Below are positions 49,700 through 61,625 of a stretch of DNA of 64,000 nucleotides, piece after piece. The notes beneath the pieces were generated by a model. The model was not told the DNA's origin. It saw only the letters and a list, made by a program, of their open reading frames with translations, and did not search any database. How positions within the stretch are numbered: the stretch's first letter is position 1; each line of letters opens with the position of its first letter. Source of the stretch: Octopus bimaculoides (Eukaryota); NCBI RefSeq assembly GCF_001194135.2, contig NC_069000.1:35490690-35554689 (forward strand), read 5' to 3'. The translations under genes and the position numbers were made by a program.

Positions 49700-49907
49700 T
49701 AGAATGAATGTAAGACGGTGAGTGAAATCGTCTTTTATCACTTCTTTTCTTGAATCCTTTTGCCCCCAGGGAGANNNNNNNNNNNNNNNNNNNNNNNNNN
49801 NNNNNNNNNNNNNNNNNNNNNNNNNNNNNNNNNNNNNNNNNNNNNNNNNNNNNNNNNNNNNNNNNNNNNNNNNNNNNNNNNNNNNNNNNNNNNNNNNNNN
49901 NNNNNNC

Positions 49908-49974
<67 letters not shown>

Positions 49975-50039
49975 CATATATATATGTATACATATATATA
50001 CATATATATACATATATATACATATATATGTGTGCGTGC

Positions 50040-50085
<46 letters not shown>

Positions 50086-50394
50086 TTATGTACACTCATA
50101 TTTACCACACGCGAACATGTGTTTGTGAGTATATCCGGATTTTATTCAGAAACTACAAAACGAAAATCCACAAACCATGCTATTTCCCAAGGTAGAATTT
50201 TATATTAATTTTGATATATAAAGCAGAAATGTATTTTATTTCATTAAAAAATAATTTGTATTCCTACCAAAACAAATAAATATACATTTTCCCTTCAGTT
50301 ATCTTTCTGTCTTTGGTTTCTTTCACTTGATTCAGTCCATTGTTGTGTCGTAATTTCCGGTTGAAAGATTTCTTCTGAATTCATGTGAATATAT

Positions 50395-50520
50395 AGAAGG
50401 ACGAATAGACGGACGGACGGACAGACGGACGGACGGACAGACGGATGAACGGATGGAGAGACGGACAAACAAGCGAATAGATGGACAGACCACGGACGGA
50501 GAGATGGTCGGACGGATGGA
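50395..50520. repeat. (GACG/GACA/GATG)n tetranucleotide microsatellite
   Basis: Seen directly; retains many CpGs. Confidence 0.85.
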
Positions 50521-51236
50521 CATCACGGCTCTTATAATATAGATTTTATATTTCATGTTATGAATTTTAGTATCGTTATTTACAGCACTGAATTTTCCAC
50601 TTTCTTTAGAAAATAACATCGCTGTTTACACGTATAACAAGTGTTAGAACATAGAGATCATATTTTTAGTGGATGTCTTTGTTGGTTACGATCTTAACCA
50701 AATCCTAGAGCACAACAAATTTGCAGCTGTCACAAATATAAGGGACTATTTCTCAGCAGATGTCATCAACAAAACACTTAATTTCACCTTGCTCAGTCCA
50801 CTCAGCTGTCAAAATGAGTAATTCTGCGACGGAACGGCGTCCCGTCCAGGTAGGGAATACATACGCCATGAGAACAGGAAACCGGCCCTTATGAGTTAGT
50901 ATGACGCGAGAAGGGAACTTTACCTTTGAAATCAATGATTTGGGCCGTATAGTATTTATTGATGGTAAGCTACAGGATTCACAGATCAGAATTAGGTCCT
51001 TTGACCCTTGAGGCCCGTCGGCAACATTCCAGTATGCCCATGCCTTTAGATACAAGAGCAATAGTACTTGAAGCGTCTGAGAATGTCTACTCTAAAACTG
51101 AGTACGAAGGGCGATGTGATCTTTTTTATAGGAATATTTGCTCCAAGTTCATTGGAGATAATGAAATCAGTTCAGTGATAATTTATGCTCATTATGTGGT
51201 CGCAGACAACGTGAATTAGTAAAAATTTTCTTGGTT

Positions 51237-51630
51237 AGGAGTGGCTGTGTGGTAAGTAACTTACTTACCAACCACATGATTCCGGGCTCAGTCCCACTGC
51301 GTCGCACCTTGGGCGAGTGTCTTCGACAATAGCCTCGGGCCGACCAAAGCCTTGTGAGTGGACTTGGTAGACGGAAACTGAAAGAAACCCGTCGTATATA
51401 TGTATATATATGTATGTGTGTTTGTGTGTCTGTGTTTGTCCCCCCAACATCGCTTGACAACCGACGCTGGTGTGTTTATGTTCCCGTAACTTAGCAGTTC
51501 GGCAAAAGAGACCGATAGAATAAGTAGTAGGCTTACAAAGAATAAGTCCTGGGGTCGATTTGCTCGACTAAAGGCGGTGCTCCAGCATGGCCGCAGTCAA
51601 GTGACTGAAACAAGTAGAAGAGTAAAAGAG
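51237..51630 (+). mobile_element. SINE family B, full-length and near-consensus
   Basis: Complete head, internal (TG)n tract and gagtaaaagag tail. Confidence 0.9.
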
Positions 51631-52084
51631 GTCAGAACTTCGTATCTTGTCATCTAGTGTCACTTTTACCGCAATATACACATTGTATGTAACAGGAACA
51701 CAATAAAATTTATGTGTTTCGTTAGCAGCGCCGAACTCTAGTTCTTTTGTGAACGTGAAGAGAACAATGGTGGCTTACAACTCCAGTGTATTTTTTGTAT
51801 TAATCACTCCATGAAGGGTAGGATTTTAATGGTGAATCCTTTCTTCACGACGACACGACAATACTGACCAATTGTACCGACACATTAGACCTATTTGCAA
51901 TTATTGAATACGAGCTTTTATTTACTTGTATTGAGTTCTCATTAACATATGGCTGAGTGCTCTTCTCTCATGATCCTTTACCTATAATAACATTTGAAAT
52001 CGTTATTGCAATGCAAATAATTGTTAATTATGCAGTGTCCTTATTGATTAACTGAGGCGTGTCGTCCTTCGTCATATGCTTGTC

Positions 52085-52600
52085 TTTTTACAGTCAAATG
52101 TGGATTGAACTAACTCAGCGATCGTCTGGTGACTTCGTCATGCTAGCTACATTTTAATAATTTAGTGGACTTCATAGCTAAAATCCACTTTTTAGTTATG
52201 ATGTTTATGAGTTGAGTACAAAGTGGACTGACTCTGCGATGATCTAGTGTCTTAATCATTAAAGCTATCTATTTATAGACAAGTTGACTTAATCCGCTCT
52301 CTATTTATATAATTAAATGAATTGACCAAGCGAAAGTTTATTGTCTTATTTATGATAGCTAAGTGAACTCATCTAGTGAATGTCTTACGTCATAACCATG
52401 GTAGCGATATATTTATAATAAAGTGGATTCAACGATGAATAAATATCTTAGCTATGACATTTATTTTGAGTAGAGTAACCCAGTGAAAGTTTGATGATTT
52501 ACTCATGGCTAAATGGATTGACCCAGCGAAAATTTAATGTCATAGTCAAGATACCCATATATCTATATATCTAAGTGGACTGATTCAGTTTAGTAAATTT
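52085..52600. repeat. Degenerate tandem array with an AAGTGGAYTGAC(Y)CAGCGA-like core
   Basis: About 10 variants at roughly 45-65 nt spacing, ending about 220 nt before the OTU-like exon. Confidence 0.5.
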
Positions 52601-52820
52601 AGTATTTTAGTTATAGACCTGTGAAGTCATACGAACACAATTTGTGAAGTGATACGAACACTAAGCTTGTAATTTGACACAATAATCGACTCGACAGGCT
52701 GCTATCTTTTGTTTGTTTCGTCATTGTTATTTTTACTTTTTAACCTTTACATGAAATTAGAATATCTATAAATAATCATAGTATAACCGATGATCATTCG
52801 AAAACTTCTCTCCTTTTCAG

Positions 52821-53329
52821 ATCCATCAGCTGTAGCTAGTGCAAATCTCAAAACTGAAAACCGGAAATTGATTCCCGTCATTAAAGATGGCAACTCGTTT
52901 TTTCGGTCGGTAAGTTATCTCTTTTCAGGTCATGAAAGGAATTACATAAAATGGCGCAAGGTCATAATAGCTTTCGAATCTCTCTTTCCCGATCATGTTT
53001 TCCACACAGACATGATTGATAAGGCGGTTCGTTATGAACACGCTCAGAAATTATCAATCAACCGTGCGCCTGCCACTGAATTCGAACTTATTGCTTTTGC
53101 TACAATGGTACAATGCCAAGTTTACGTTTATGATATGATCAGTACAAAGCCCTACAGATTCGTTTGGCGTTTATACTTGCCGCGATTTGCTTGTGAACAG
53201 CTCTATAACAAAGGCTATTTGACTTTCTATCGTGAGCGAAACATTTATAGTCCGATCAAAGACAATCTTCAAGTATCAACCGATGAACAAGAACAGGCGA
53301 GACATCACCGATGGAGAAGTGTGTATTGA
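52821..53329 (+). CDS. Terminal exon encoding an OTU-like domain with substituted catalytic residues (putative pseudo-deubiquitinase)
   Basis: Strong acceptor cttctctccttttcag and an uninterrupted 509-nt frame. IKDGNSFFRSVSYLFSG aligns to the OTU Cys loop GDGNCLFRA, ATEFELIAFA to the WG..EL.A helix, and YRERNIYSPI to the His loop YRYGEHYDSV. AATAAA overlaps the stop. Confidence 0.7.
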
Positions 53330-53334
53330 ATAAA
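53329..53334 (+). terminator. Polyadenylation signal overlapping the stop codon of the OTU-like exon
   Basis: Sequence tat-TGA-ATAAAg gives AATAAA at 53329-53334. Confidence 0.4.
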
Positions 53335-53990
53335 GTAAACTTATAAGCAAGGTTTCGGAAGATTCAGCAAGTTTGAAAGCAAACAATACATATTTATATA
53401 TACATATATATATATATACATATATANNNNNNNNNNNNNNNNNNNNNNNNNNNNNNNNNNNNNNNNNNNNNNNNNNNNNNNNNNNNNNNNNNNNNNNNNN
53501 NNNNNNNNNNNNNNNNNNNNNNNNNNNNNNNNNNNNNNNNNNNNNNNNNNNNNNNNNNNNNNNNNNNNNNNNNNNNNNNNNNNNNNNNNNNNNNNNNNNN
53601 NNNNNNNNNNNNNNNNNNNNNNNNNNNNNNNNNNNNNNNNNNNNNNNNNNNNNNNNNNNNNNNNNNNNNNNNNNNNNNNNNNNNNNNNNNNNNNNNNNNN
53701 NNNNNNNNNNNNNNNNNNNNNNNNNNNNNNNNNNNNNNNNNNNNNNNNNNNNNNNNNNNNNNNNNNNNNNNNNNNNNNNNNNNNNNNNNNNNNNNNNNNN
53801 NNNNNNNNNNNNNNNNNNNNNNNNNNNNNNNNNNNNNNNNNNNNNNNNNNNNNNNNNNNNNNNNNNNNNNNNNNNNNNNNNNNNNNNNNNNNNNNNNNNN
53901 NNNNNNNNNNNNNNNNNNNNNNNNNNNNNNNNNNNNNNNNNNNNNNNNNNNNNNNNNNNNNNNNNNNNNNNNNNNNNNNNNNNNNNNNNN

Positions 53991-54049
<59 letters not shown>

Positions 54050-54307
54050 AATTATATCTGCATATGCATTATTCATAAACAAGCGTATTATTGACATTGA
54101 CTTCGAAGTTTCGGCGAGATAACCCATCGTAGGACTGCAATAATTTGAAGTTAATCTTAGCTTTATATAGTCTCTGTTGAGTTAAAATCTTTCTTGGGCA
54201 TGTGGGTTTGAGAAGAGTGGTGATTAGGTTTAAAGGTGGATTGTTATGGAAAGGTGTTTTCGAGAAATTTTTATTGATTAAATTTGATGTTATGTTATTA
54301 CTTAGAA

Positions 54308-55930
54308 CAGTGATTCTCAAACTTTTCAAAAGGTTTTATGTACCGGTCCCCTTACAGTTTTTTCGATAATTCGCGGTTTCCTATAAAATGCAGGATAATT
54401 AACAGGGAAAAAGTGACCTACTTTCGTGTACGTATTTTTCGTACTATAACACGTACTGACAATAAACCCGCAACATCGAAGACCACAACTTAATCCACGC
54501 AAAACCCATTGGGGTACAATAAATACACATGAAAACACGGGGAATCAGTTGATCGATTGGTTAGAACACATATGAGAAACGAAAGCAGCCCGGAAATATC
54601 CCGGGCATCCTGTACTAACAACTGCGTAAGACCCATTTATATCCATTTAACAGAAAGAAACAGTAGGTCATACGCCGAAAATGACAGTGGTTTTCGAGCT
54701 TTTGGTATCATCTTCCCCTTTCACCATGTTTTGAGATGCTATTCCTCCCCATTGGCATGCCATTCTTCATACTAATTATCCAAGAAGTGCATTTCAATCA
54801 GTTTAGCTATTTTCAGCAGAAGAATTGTAATAGAATCCCAAAATGTACAGAAGTTTCTGCCAATTGGACTATTAGTATGCAGCTAGTATGCACGGAAAAC
54901 CACAATTTTAGCAGAAACACCGTTTTTTCCTCCTCTCCTGAAGGTTTGCCTCTCTTTTCTTGAATCCCTGATACATNNNNNNNNNNNNNNNNNNNNNNNN
55001 NNNNNNNNNNNNNNNNNNNNNNNNNNNNNNNNNNNNNNNNNNNNNNNNNNNNNNNNNNNNNNNNNNNNNNNNNNNNNNNNNNNNNNNNNNNNNNNNNNNN
55101 NNNNNNNNNNNNNNNNNNNNNNNNNNNNNNNNNNNNNNNNNNNNNNNNNNNNNNNNNNNNNNNNNNNNNNNNNNNNNNNNNNNNNNNNNNNNNNNNNNNN
55201 NNNNNNNNNNNNNNNNNNNNNNNNNNNNNNNNNNNNNNNNNNNNNNNNNNNNNNNNNNNNNNNNNNNNNNNNNNNNNNNNNNNNNNNNNNNNNNNNNNNN
55301 NNNNNNNNNNNNNNNNNNNNNNNNNNNNNNNNNNNNNNNNNNNNNNNNNNNNNNNNNNNNNNNNNNNNNNNNNNNNNNNNNNNNNNNNNNNNNNNNNNNN
55401 NNNNNNNNNNNNNNNNNNNNNNNNNNNNNNNNNNNNNNNNNNNNNNNNNNNNNNNNNNNNNNNNNNNNNNNNNNNNNNNNNNNNNNNNNNNNNNNNNNNN
55501 NNNNNNNNNNNNNNNNNNNNNNNNNNNNNNNNNNNNNNNNNNNNNNNNNNNNNNNNNNNNNNNNNNNNNNNNNNNNNNNNNNNNNNNNNNNNNNNNNNNN
55601 NNNNNNNNNNNNNNNNNNNNNNNNNNNNNNNNNNNNNNNNNNNNNNNNNNNNNNNNNNNNNNNNAGAAAACGAATGCCGGAGAATTCGGCGTGCAAATCT
55701 GGCTTGGAATCTTGTAAAAAACCGTGGACTTCTTTTCATAGAAGGAAAACTATCTTTATCGTTTTTCCTCTCGAAAGCCATCTCATTTGCGAGTGCAATA
55801 AAAGCGTTTCGAATTCAGAATCACTTTCAGAATCACTTCTTTTGCACAACTCGGCAAACAGACGGGAGTTGAGTGCGTTCGCTTTGATAAAGTTCGCCGC
55901 CGTAATCACATAAGAACATTTTTTTAACTC
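54308..55930 (-). mobile_element. hAT (Charlie-like) transposon remnant spanning a gap
   Basis: TIR-like cagtgattctcaaactttt at 54308. Minus strand 55670-55925 reads ANFIKANALNSRLFAELCK...LLLHSQMRWLSRGK. Whether 54330-54976 belongs to the same element is uncertain. Confidence 0.7.
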
Positions 55931-56479
55931 ATCACTTTGTTGGTCTGTATGTTTCTCTCTATGTGTTCATTGTTCTATAAGCAATTTGATTAATATGTAG
56001 AAATTCTAACTTTTGTGTTTTATGGAGGCAGAGTTTGTGGGATATGTATTTATAAATATTTCTTCAATTCTGTTTCAAACTTGGGTATTTTATAATATAT
56101 TATTTTAGGCTTATGGGTATATGCGAAAGCGGGCCATTATAAAAAGGTGTGTATATACTCATGTATGAAAATGGGAATAAAAACAAAATTCGATTTTAAA
56201 AATTGATTCGAAAATTTAAAATTTTTTAAGTAAAAAGAAATTTTAAAGTATTATTAAAAAATGGAGGATTAAAAAAGAGAAGGGGTTTCCAACTTGCTTG
56301 CATACAAATATATGATTATATATGTGTATGTAGGTTTGTGTGCTTATAGCAGAAGATTTTATTGTGGGGATTTTGGTTGGAGATAGGGAAACTTTTAGAA
56401 AATCTCTGAAGTATTTTAGTGTAAAGCTGTAAATATATATATATATATTATGGAGATGGTTTACGCTGTAGGTGGAAGG

Positions 56480-57400
56480 AGAGGAATTGGTGAAATATTT
56501 ACATATTTAATCGTTAGAAAAAACTATTGGTTTGAAATGTTCTAGTGTTTCAATTTTTTTTTTTTTTTTTTTTTGCTTACATGAAGAGACTAGTTCAGAG
56601 TTTCGGTTCAAAATTTGGTTCTTGAATGTGAGAATGAGGTAGGATTCATTAGTACAAAGTTGGCAGGGTTTGTTTCTACCTCGGTTTGGTGTGAGAGTAT
56701 TTCCCAATAGGTACTAAACGGAGATTATTTTTTATTTTAATGTTCACCTGTTTGGATAGTGACGTATCAATTTTCCTGTTTGGGCTGCGAAAAGTATGCG
56801 TATGTTGGCTATATCTTATTTTGAACTGGCCTGCTCTAGATCCGATCTATGCAGATATAGTAGTTGGTGTTATGTTCGTGGTTACCGTTGCGCTATATAC
56901 GATATTATTTGAGAGACAGATTTCTTCTAGAGGACAGGATAAAAGGTTTTTTACTATTACAGTTATTATTATGTGTGATTTAGGTTTTCATTTTTAGATA
57001 GTTTTTTTATGGTTTAATTAATTACAGTTTTTTTTAAAGTTGTTGGTTATGCTTGTTTGTTAGTTTGTTGTACATGTGGTAGAGATGAGAGTATTTTACA
57101 ATAATTTTGAAAAGTAATTTAGTTATTAGCATGGAGACTTGTACGTTGAAGGAGAGATTATACCAGAGGAATTCCTTCTTATATTCTTACGTATTTTATT
57201 TCATGTGGCAGGTTTGTGGTTTATATATTGCCCTTTTCCTTTATAATTACTGTTATTGAGAGCTTCGTTATATTTCGTTTAGATAAAGAGAAAAGTCTAA
57301 GAGAAAGTTCTTTGATAATATTTCTGGATTGTTTATGTATATACTGAATTAAATAAGGGTTTCTTTGTTCTAAGTGGCCGATCATATGCTCTTTGAAATG
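56480..57400 (-). mobile_element. Penelope-like element: RT C-terminus and GIY-YIG endonuclease, decayed
   Basis: LWYNLSFNVQV, NIVYSATVTT..IGSRAGQFKIRYSQHTHTF and PCQLCTNESYLILTFKNQILNRNSELVSSCKQ. The element may extend to about 55960. Confidence 0.75.
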
Positions 57401-57448
57401 TCATCTCCTAGGACATATATATATATATATATATATATNNNNNNNNNN

Positions 57449-57481
<33 letters not shown>

Positions 57482-57559
57482 GAGTGGAAACTCATTCCTT
57501 CTATGCTTTCTACTACTTTAATACACTTCAGTATTATTAAAACAAATTCTCTTTTAGAG

Positions 57560-58250
57560 AGCTCACCGCAAGATGGAGCTGTTTTGAAACTTTTTTAGGT
57601 TAACTGTACTGATTGGGTTCATCATCATAGAAATCGTTGCCTTTGTAAGTGAATGTTTCTCCATCAGATATGCTAATTTCCTCGTTTCAAGAATCAGCAG
57701 ATGAGTTGATAAAGGATCTGTTTGGTCTTTGAAGGTTGCAATATCATTTTGGCTGCTAAAAATTTGATTTATCAATTCATGTTTTTTTTTATTATACAAG
57801 AACACCATTTGGTAACTCGATTTTGTCATCAGAATCCAGTTGTTTCTTCTCTTGGCAAATGTTAAGGAGGAAAATCAGTCCAGCAACTGTTCTGTTGATT
57901 CTGTAGCCGTACTTCCAAAGTGAGTTTCAATTTCATTACTCTCCTCCATAGTGAAAAACGGGTAGGGTTTCTAAGCGTCTTCATCATAGCAGCAGTACAA
58001 GCTGTCTATAATATTGGAAGAGATGCAATGCAACGTTGTCAGTGGTTAGGTCAAAGTTTTGAGCTAGAAAAAATTTGACACCATATTACAAACATAAATG
58101 TTTAAATGAAGTTAACAGTTTCTGTGTGTTTCTGAACGGCTGACGTGTACCTTCTATGCTGCAATCGTTTTAGTTTCAGCACACAATCTCAGATGAAAAC
58201 ACTCGCCATGCAAGCACATCACCGTTATGTTGGAAGTGTTTGGCGAATAT
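57560..58250 (-). mobile_element. Second Helitron helicase fragment, more decayed
   Basis: FSLWRRVMKLKLTLEVR, DKIELP..KHELINQIF and GETFTYKGNDFYDDEPNQY, in the order expected for a Helitron PIF1 helicase. Confidence 0.6.
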
Positions 58251-59044
58251 AACCAAGAAACACCATAAACTAGAAGATAATTCGTTTTGAAAAACTTCAC
58301 GAAATATGCAGGTAACTGCTTCGTGCACACACTTCTACATTTCTAATGTTTCACCTCAACATTTAAACCACATTTTCTTATTATTTTAGCCAGTTATTAT
58401 TTTAGGTAGAATGCCTGTCAATGGAGGTTGGAAGATAAAAAGTTAATGAGTTGTAGGATCTTTTCTAGTACAATGCAATGAGATTTAGTTGATCCAAACT
58501 TAGACTTCTTCAATAAGTGTTTGGTTTATTCAAGCCGTCAGGATCATCGTTAAAGGAAATATTTTAACTTGGATTGTTGTTCTTTATAGCATCTTTTAAA
58601 TCGAAAACAGCTATGCGTGCACACGCACACACAGTACACAAGAACACGGCAACAGACATGTACTACCGCATGCGTATACATACATACACATACTTGCACT
58701 CGCTATCAACAAAATATAAATTTCAGAGACACAGAGAAAGAAAAATGGTAGTCAATCAATCAATAAAGAATGGAAGTGAAATACAACCAGTTCGTTTGTT
58801 TTATTGGCGTAATGATCCCCAAAAAGTAACACAATAAATATTATTTATTAATAAGTGAGAAACAACTATATCGATGGTATACCTGTTGTTGATGGTTATC
58901 AAATACTTTTCTCAAAATACTGAAATTAATCCGATATACGTTATTGAGGCAATATTTGGTCAAAATAGCCATTCATGTATCATACTTAACCTATATACAC
59001 TGCCAACAGGCCAGTTATTGGGGTATTATTCATTGACGTTATCG

Positions 59045-59516
59045 CTGGCTGCTGCTGGGATAAAGTTTCGTCTCTTTCTGATATTTATTGTTTTTTAACG
59101 CAGCGCTTCTATAAGAGATTTTATTTCAGGATAAATATTGCAGTGTGTATACATTAAATATGATACATAGACGAATATTTCAATCTGATACTGTCTCAAG
59201 TGTTATACCGAATTTTTATTCCACTGAGCAGCTTCTCGCAACATCAGTGAATGCTTTAGTTCCTGTTTCCTATATTGGAGGCGACGAATGATCGTCCGAA
59301 CATGTGGCTTACTGAGAGTACACACCATTAATAACGCCCAAGAAGGTGTCTACTATTCTCACTGGTCACTGCTGAGATGAATTTTCGTCTTCTGACATTA
59401 TTGTGGGGTTTTTTTTAACGCAACACCTCTGTATTAAATCTTATCTCAGGACAAAAACATAGTAACTGGCCTATCAATCAATAGAGTGTGTACATTATTT
59501 ATGATACATAGATGGC
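59045..59516. repeat. Diverged direct repeat of about 130-150 bp, spacing about 318 bp
   Basis: 59045-59172 versus 59363-59516 share ctgctg.gat.aa.tttcgtct..ctga, ttttttaacgca, ttat.tcagga.aaa and gtgtg..tacatta..tatgatacataga. Confidence 0.7.
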
Positions 59517-59917
59517 TACTAAATATTGTTTTGAATAAGTTAGACAAAAGAGGAAGAGAATCCTCGGAGTTTTGTCATGGGTACAGAATAATTGTCACAT
59601 TATATTTACAGATAAATTCCTCTATTTATATAATATCGAGGTCTCTTTCATTCTTTTGTTGTCTTGCCATTTCTATTAATATATATATATNNNNNNNNNN
59701 NNNNNNNNNNNNNNNNNNNNNNNNNNNNNNNNNNNNNNNNNNNNNNNNNNNNNNNNNNNNNNNNNNNNNNNNNNNNNNNNNNNNNNNNNNNNNNNNNNNN
59801 NNNNNNNNNNNNNNNNNNNNNNNNNNNNNNNNNNNNNNNNNNNNNNNNNNNNNNNNNNNNNNNNNNNNNNNNNNNNNNNNNNNNNNNNNNNNNNNNNNNN
59901 NNNNNNNNNNNNNNNNN

Positions 59918-59949
<32 letters not shown>

Positions 59950-61132
59950 CTCTTTCAACCCCTTTCCTGTAATTTCCAAGCCATACACACGGCTAACATT
60001 TCAATGCACTCTTTTACTTATATAGTCGTGCCTGCGCTTAAACTCTTTTTGCGCTAGCTTATTGCACTCAAGAGATGATCAATACTTTTGTACATGTTTA
60101 TATAGTCATAGTTTTAAATGTTTGTATATATGTGTGTATATGTTCTATATAATCGTTATTGAATTTTTTAACCCAGGAGCTTCTTCAATCCATAGTTTTT
60201 AAATTTATGAAAAAAGACTTACGTCTCTACTATCAATTATTAATTATTAACTGATCCCTTCTGGACACACATTACTCCTTTCTTCACTGAAGTTTTTTCG
60301 ATATTATATAATATAATATATTTACATTAGCGAATACAGCACCGTCTATGTTTTGAAAATAGGTTACCCAATCAAATTCAAATGCTTATTCGTCAAATTG
60401 CATTATTTGAAATTAAATATTACATGTACCATAACAATTTTATTTCTAGTCTTGAGAAATGTCCGACGAGCGGAAACGTGAAACACTGAGTAGCAGTTTT
60501 GTGATGTATTTGTAGCTTTAATAAAAAAAAAGTATNNNNNNNNNNNNNNNNNNNNNNNNNNNNNNNNNNNNNNNNNNNNNNNNNNNNNNNNNNNNNNNNN
60601 NNNNNNNNNNNNNNNNNNNNNNNNNNNNNNNNNNNNNNNNNNNNNNNNNNNNNNNNNNNNNNNNNNNNNNNNNNNNNNNNNNNNNNNNNNNNNNNNNNNN
60701 NNNNNNNNNNNNNNNNNNNNNNNNNNNNNNNNNNNNNNNNNNNNNNNNNNNNNNNNNNNNNNNNNNNNNNNNNNNNNNNNNNNNNNNNNNNNNNNNNNNN
60801 NNNNNNNNNNNNNNNNNNNNNNNNNNNNNNNNNNNNNNNNNNNNNNNNNNNNNNNNNNNNNNNNNNNNNNNNNNNNNNNNNNNNNNNNNNNNNNNNNNNN
60901 NNNNNNNNNNNNNNNNNNNNNNNNNNNNNNNNNNNNNNNNNNNNNNNNNNNNNNNNNNNNNNNNNNNNNNNNNNNNNNNNNNNNNNNNGATAATTTTTCC
61001 AATTTGATGAATTAGGTGTTTATAAATCATTAGGAGTTTACAAATCGTGACTCTGTTTTGAGTATCTTGCTTAAAAGTAGTTTTCAAACTGTTTTTATTG
61101 GTATCATAGTTCCTTCAATACCGTTATAGCTT

Positions 61133-61625
61133 TGTTAAGCTATACACAAACAAACTAGTTGAGACGAGAATACATTTTATCAAAGGTTTATTACTTTACG
61201 TACATCAGGGCTTAAGTCGCCAGTTATTTCTGTTTAGTTCATTCAGATTCGTTTAACACTCACTGTTGGCATTCCTACGCTTTTGCTTCTTCTCCCGGAA
61301 GTCCCTTTTTTGCTGCTGGTCAACTTCTTAGCTAGCCCGCAGCGAAGTTTCTGTCTACAGTTCGTCTGTCACGAAGTCTGCCCTACATAGCTCCCTCTCA
61401 TCGAACTGTTGACTGCCATTGGAAACGGGAAGGCGTTTTAATTGTCCTGCCCATGCGTGTGGTTACTCAACTCTTTGGTGACTGTTCCTTGTCAAGGGTT
61501 GGTGTGATCTGTCTAGGATGGCCCCTGTTTGGTGACTGGGCCACTTGAACGAGGCTGTCAATATCGAGATGGGCCGGTTTCAATCTATCGATGGAGACTG
61601 TGTCTTGTCGTCCACCAATTATGAG
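61133..61625 (-). mobile_element. Gypsy-type LTR retrotransposon 3' end: integrase tail, polypurine tract and a 255-bp LTR (61133-61387)
   Basis: IGGRQDTVSIDRLKPAHLD..VAQSPNRGHP; PPT gagagggagcta followed by an LTR bounded TGT...ACA and containing AATAAA. Confidence 0.8.

Noticed and set aside
52492-52583. Box C/D snoRNA (TGATGA...CTGA)
   Set aside because: The terminal stem is not positioned canonically, no rRNA complementarity was recognised, and both boxes fall within a degenerate repeat array.
55960-57400. Mitochondrial insertion, suggested by the G/T strand skew (also 54120-54300)
   Set aside because: No mitochondrial gene was recognised, and the minus strand carries Penelope RT/GIY-YIG motifs that explain the skew.
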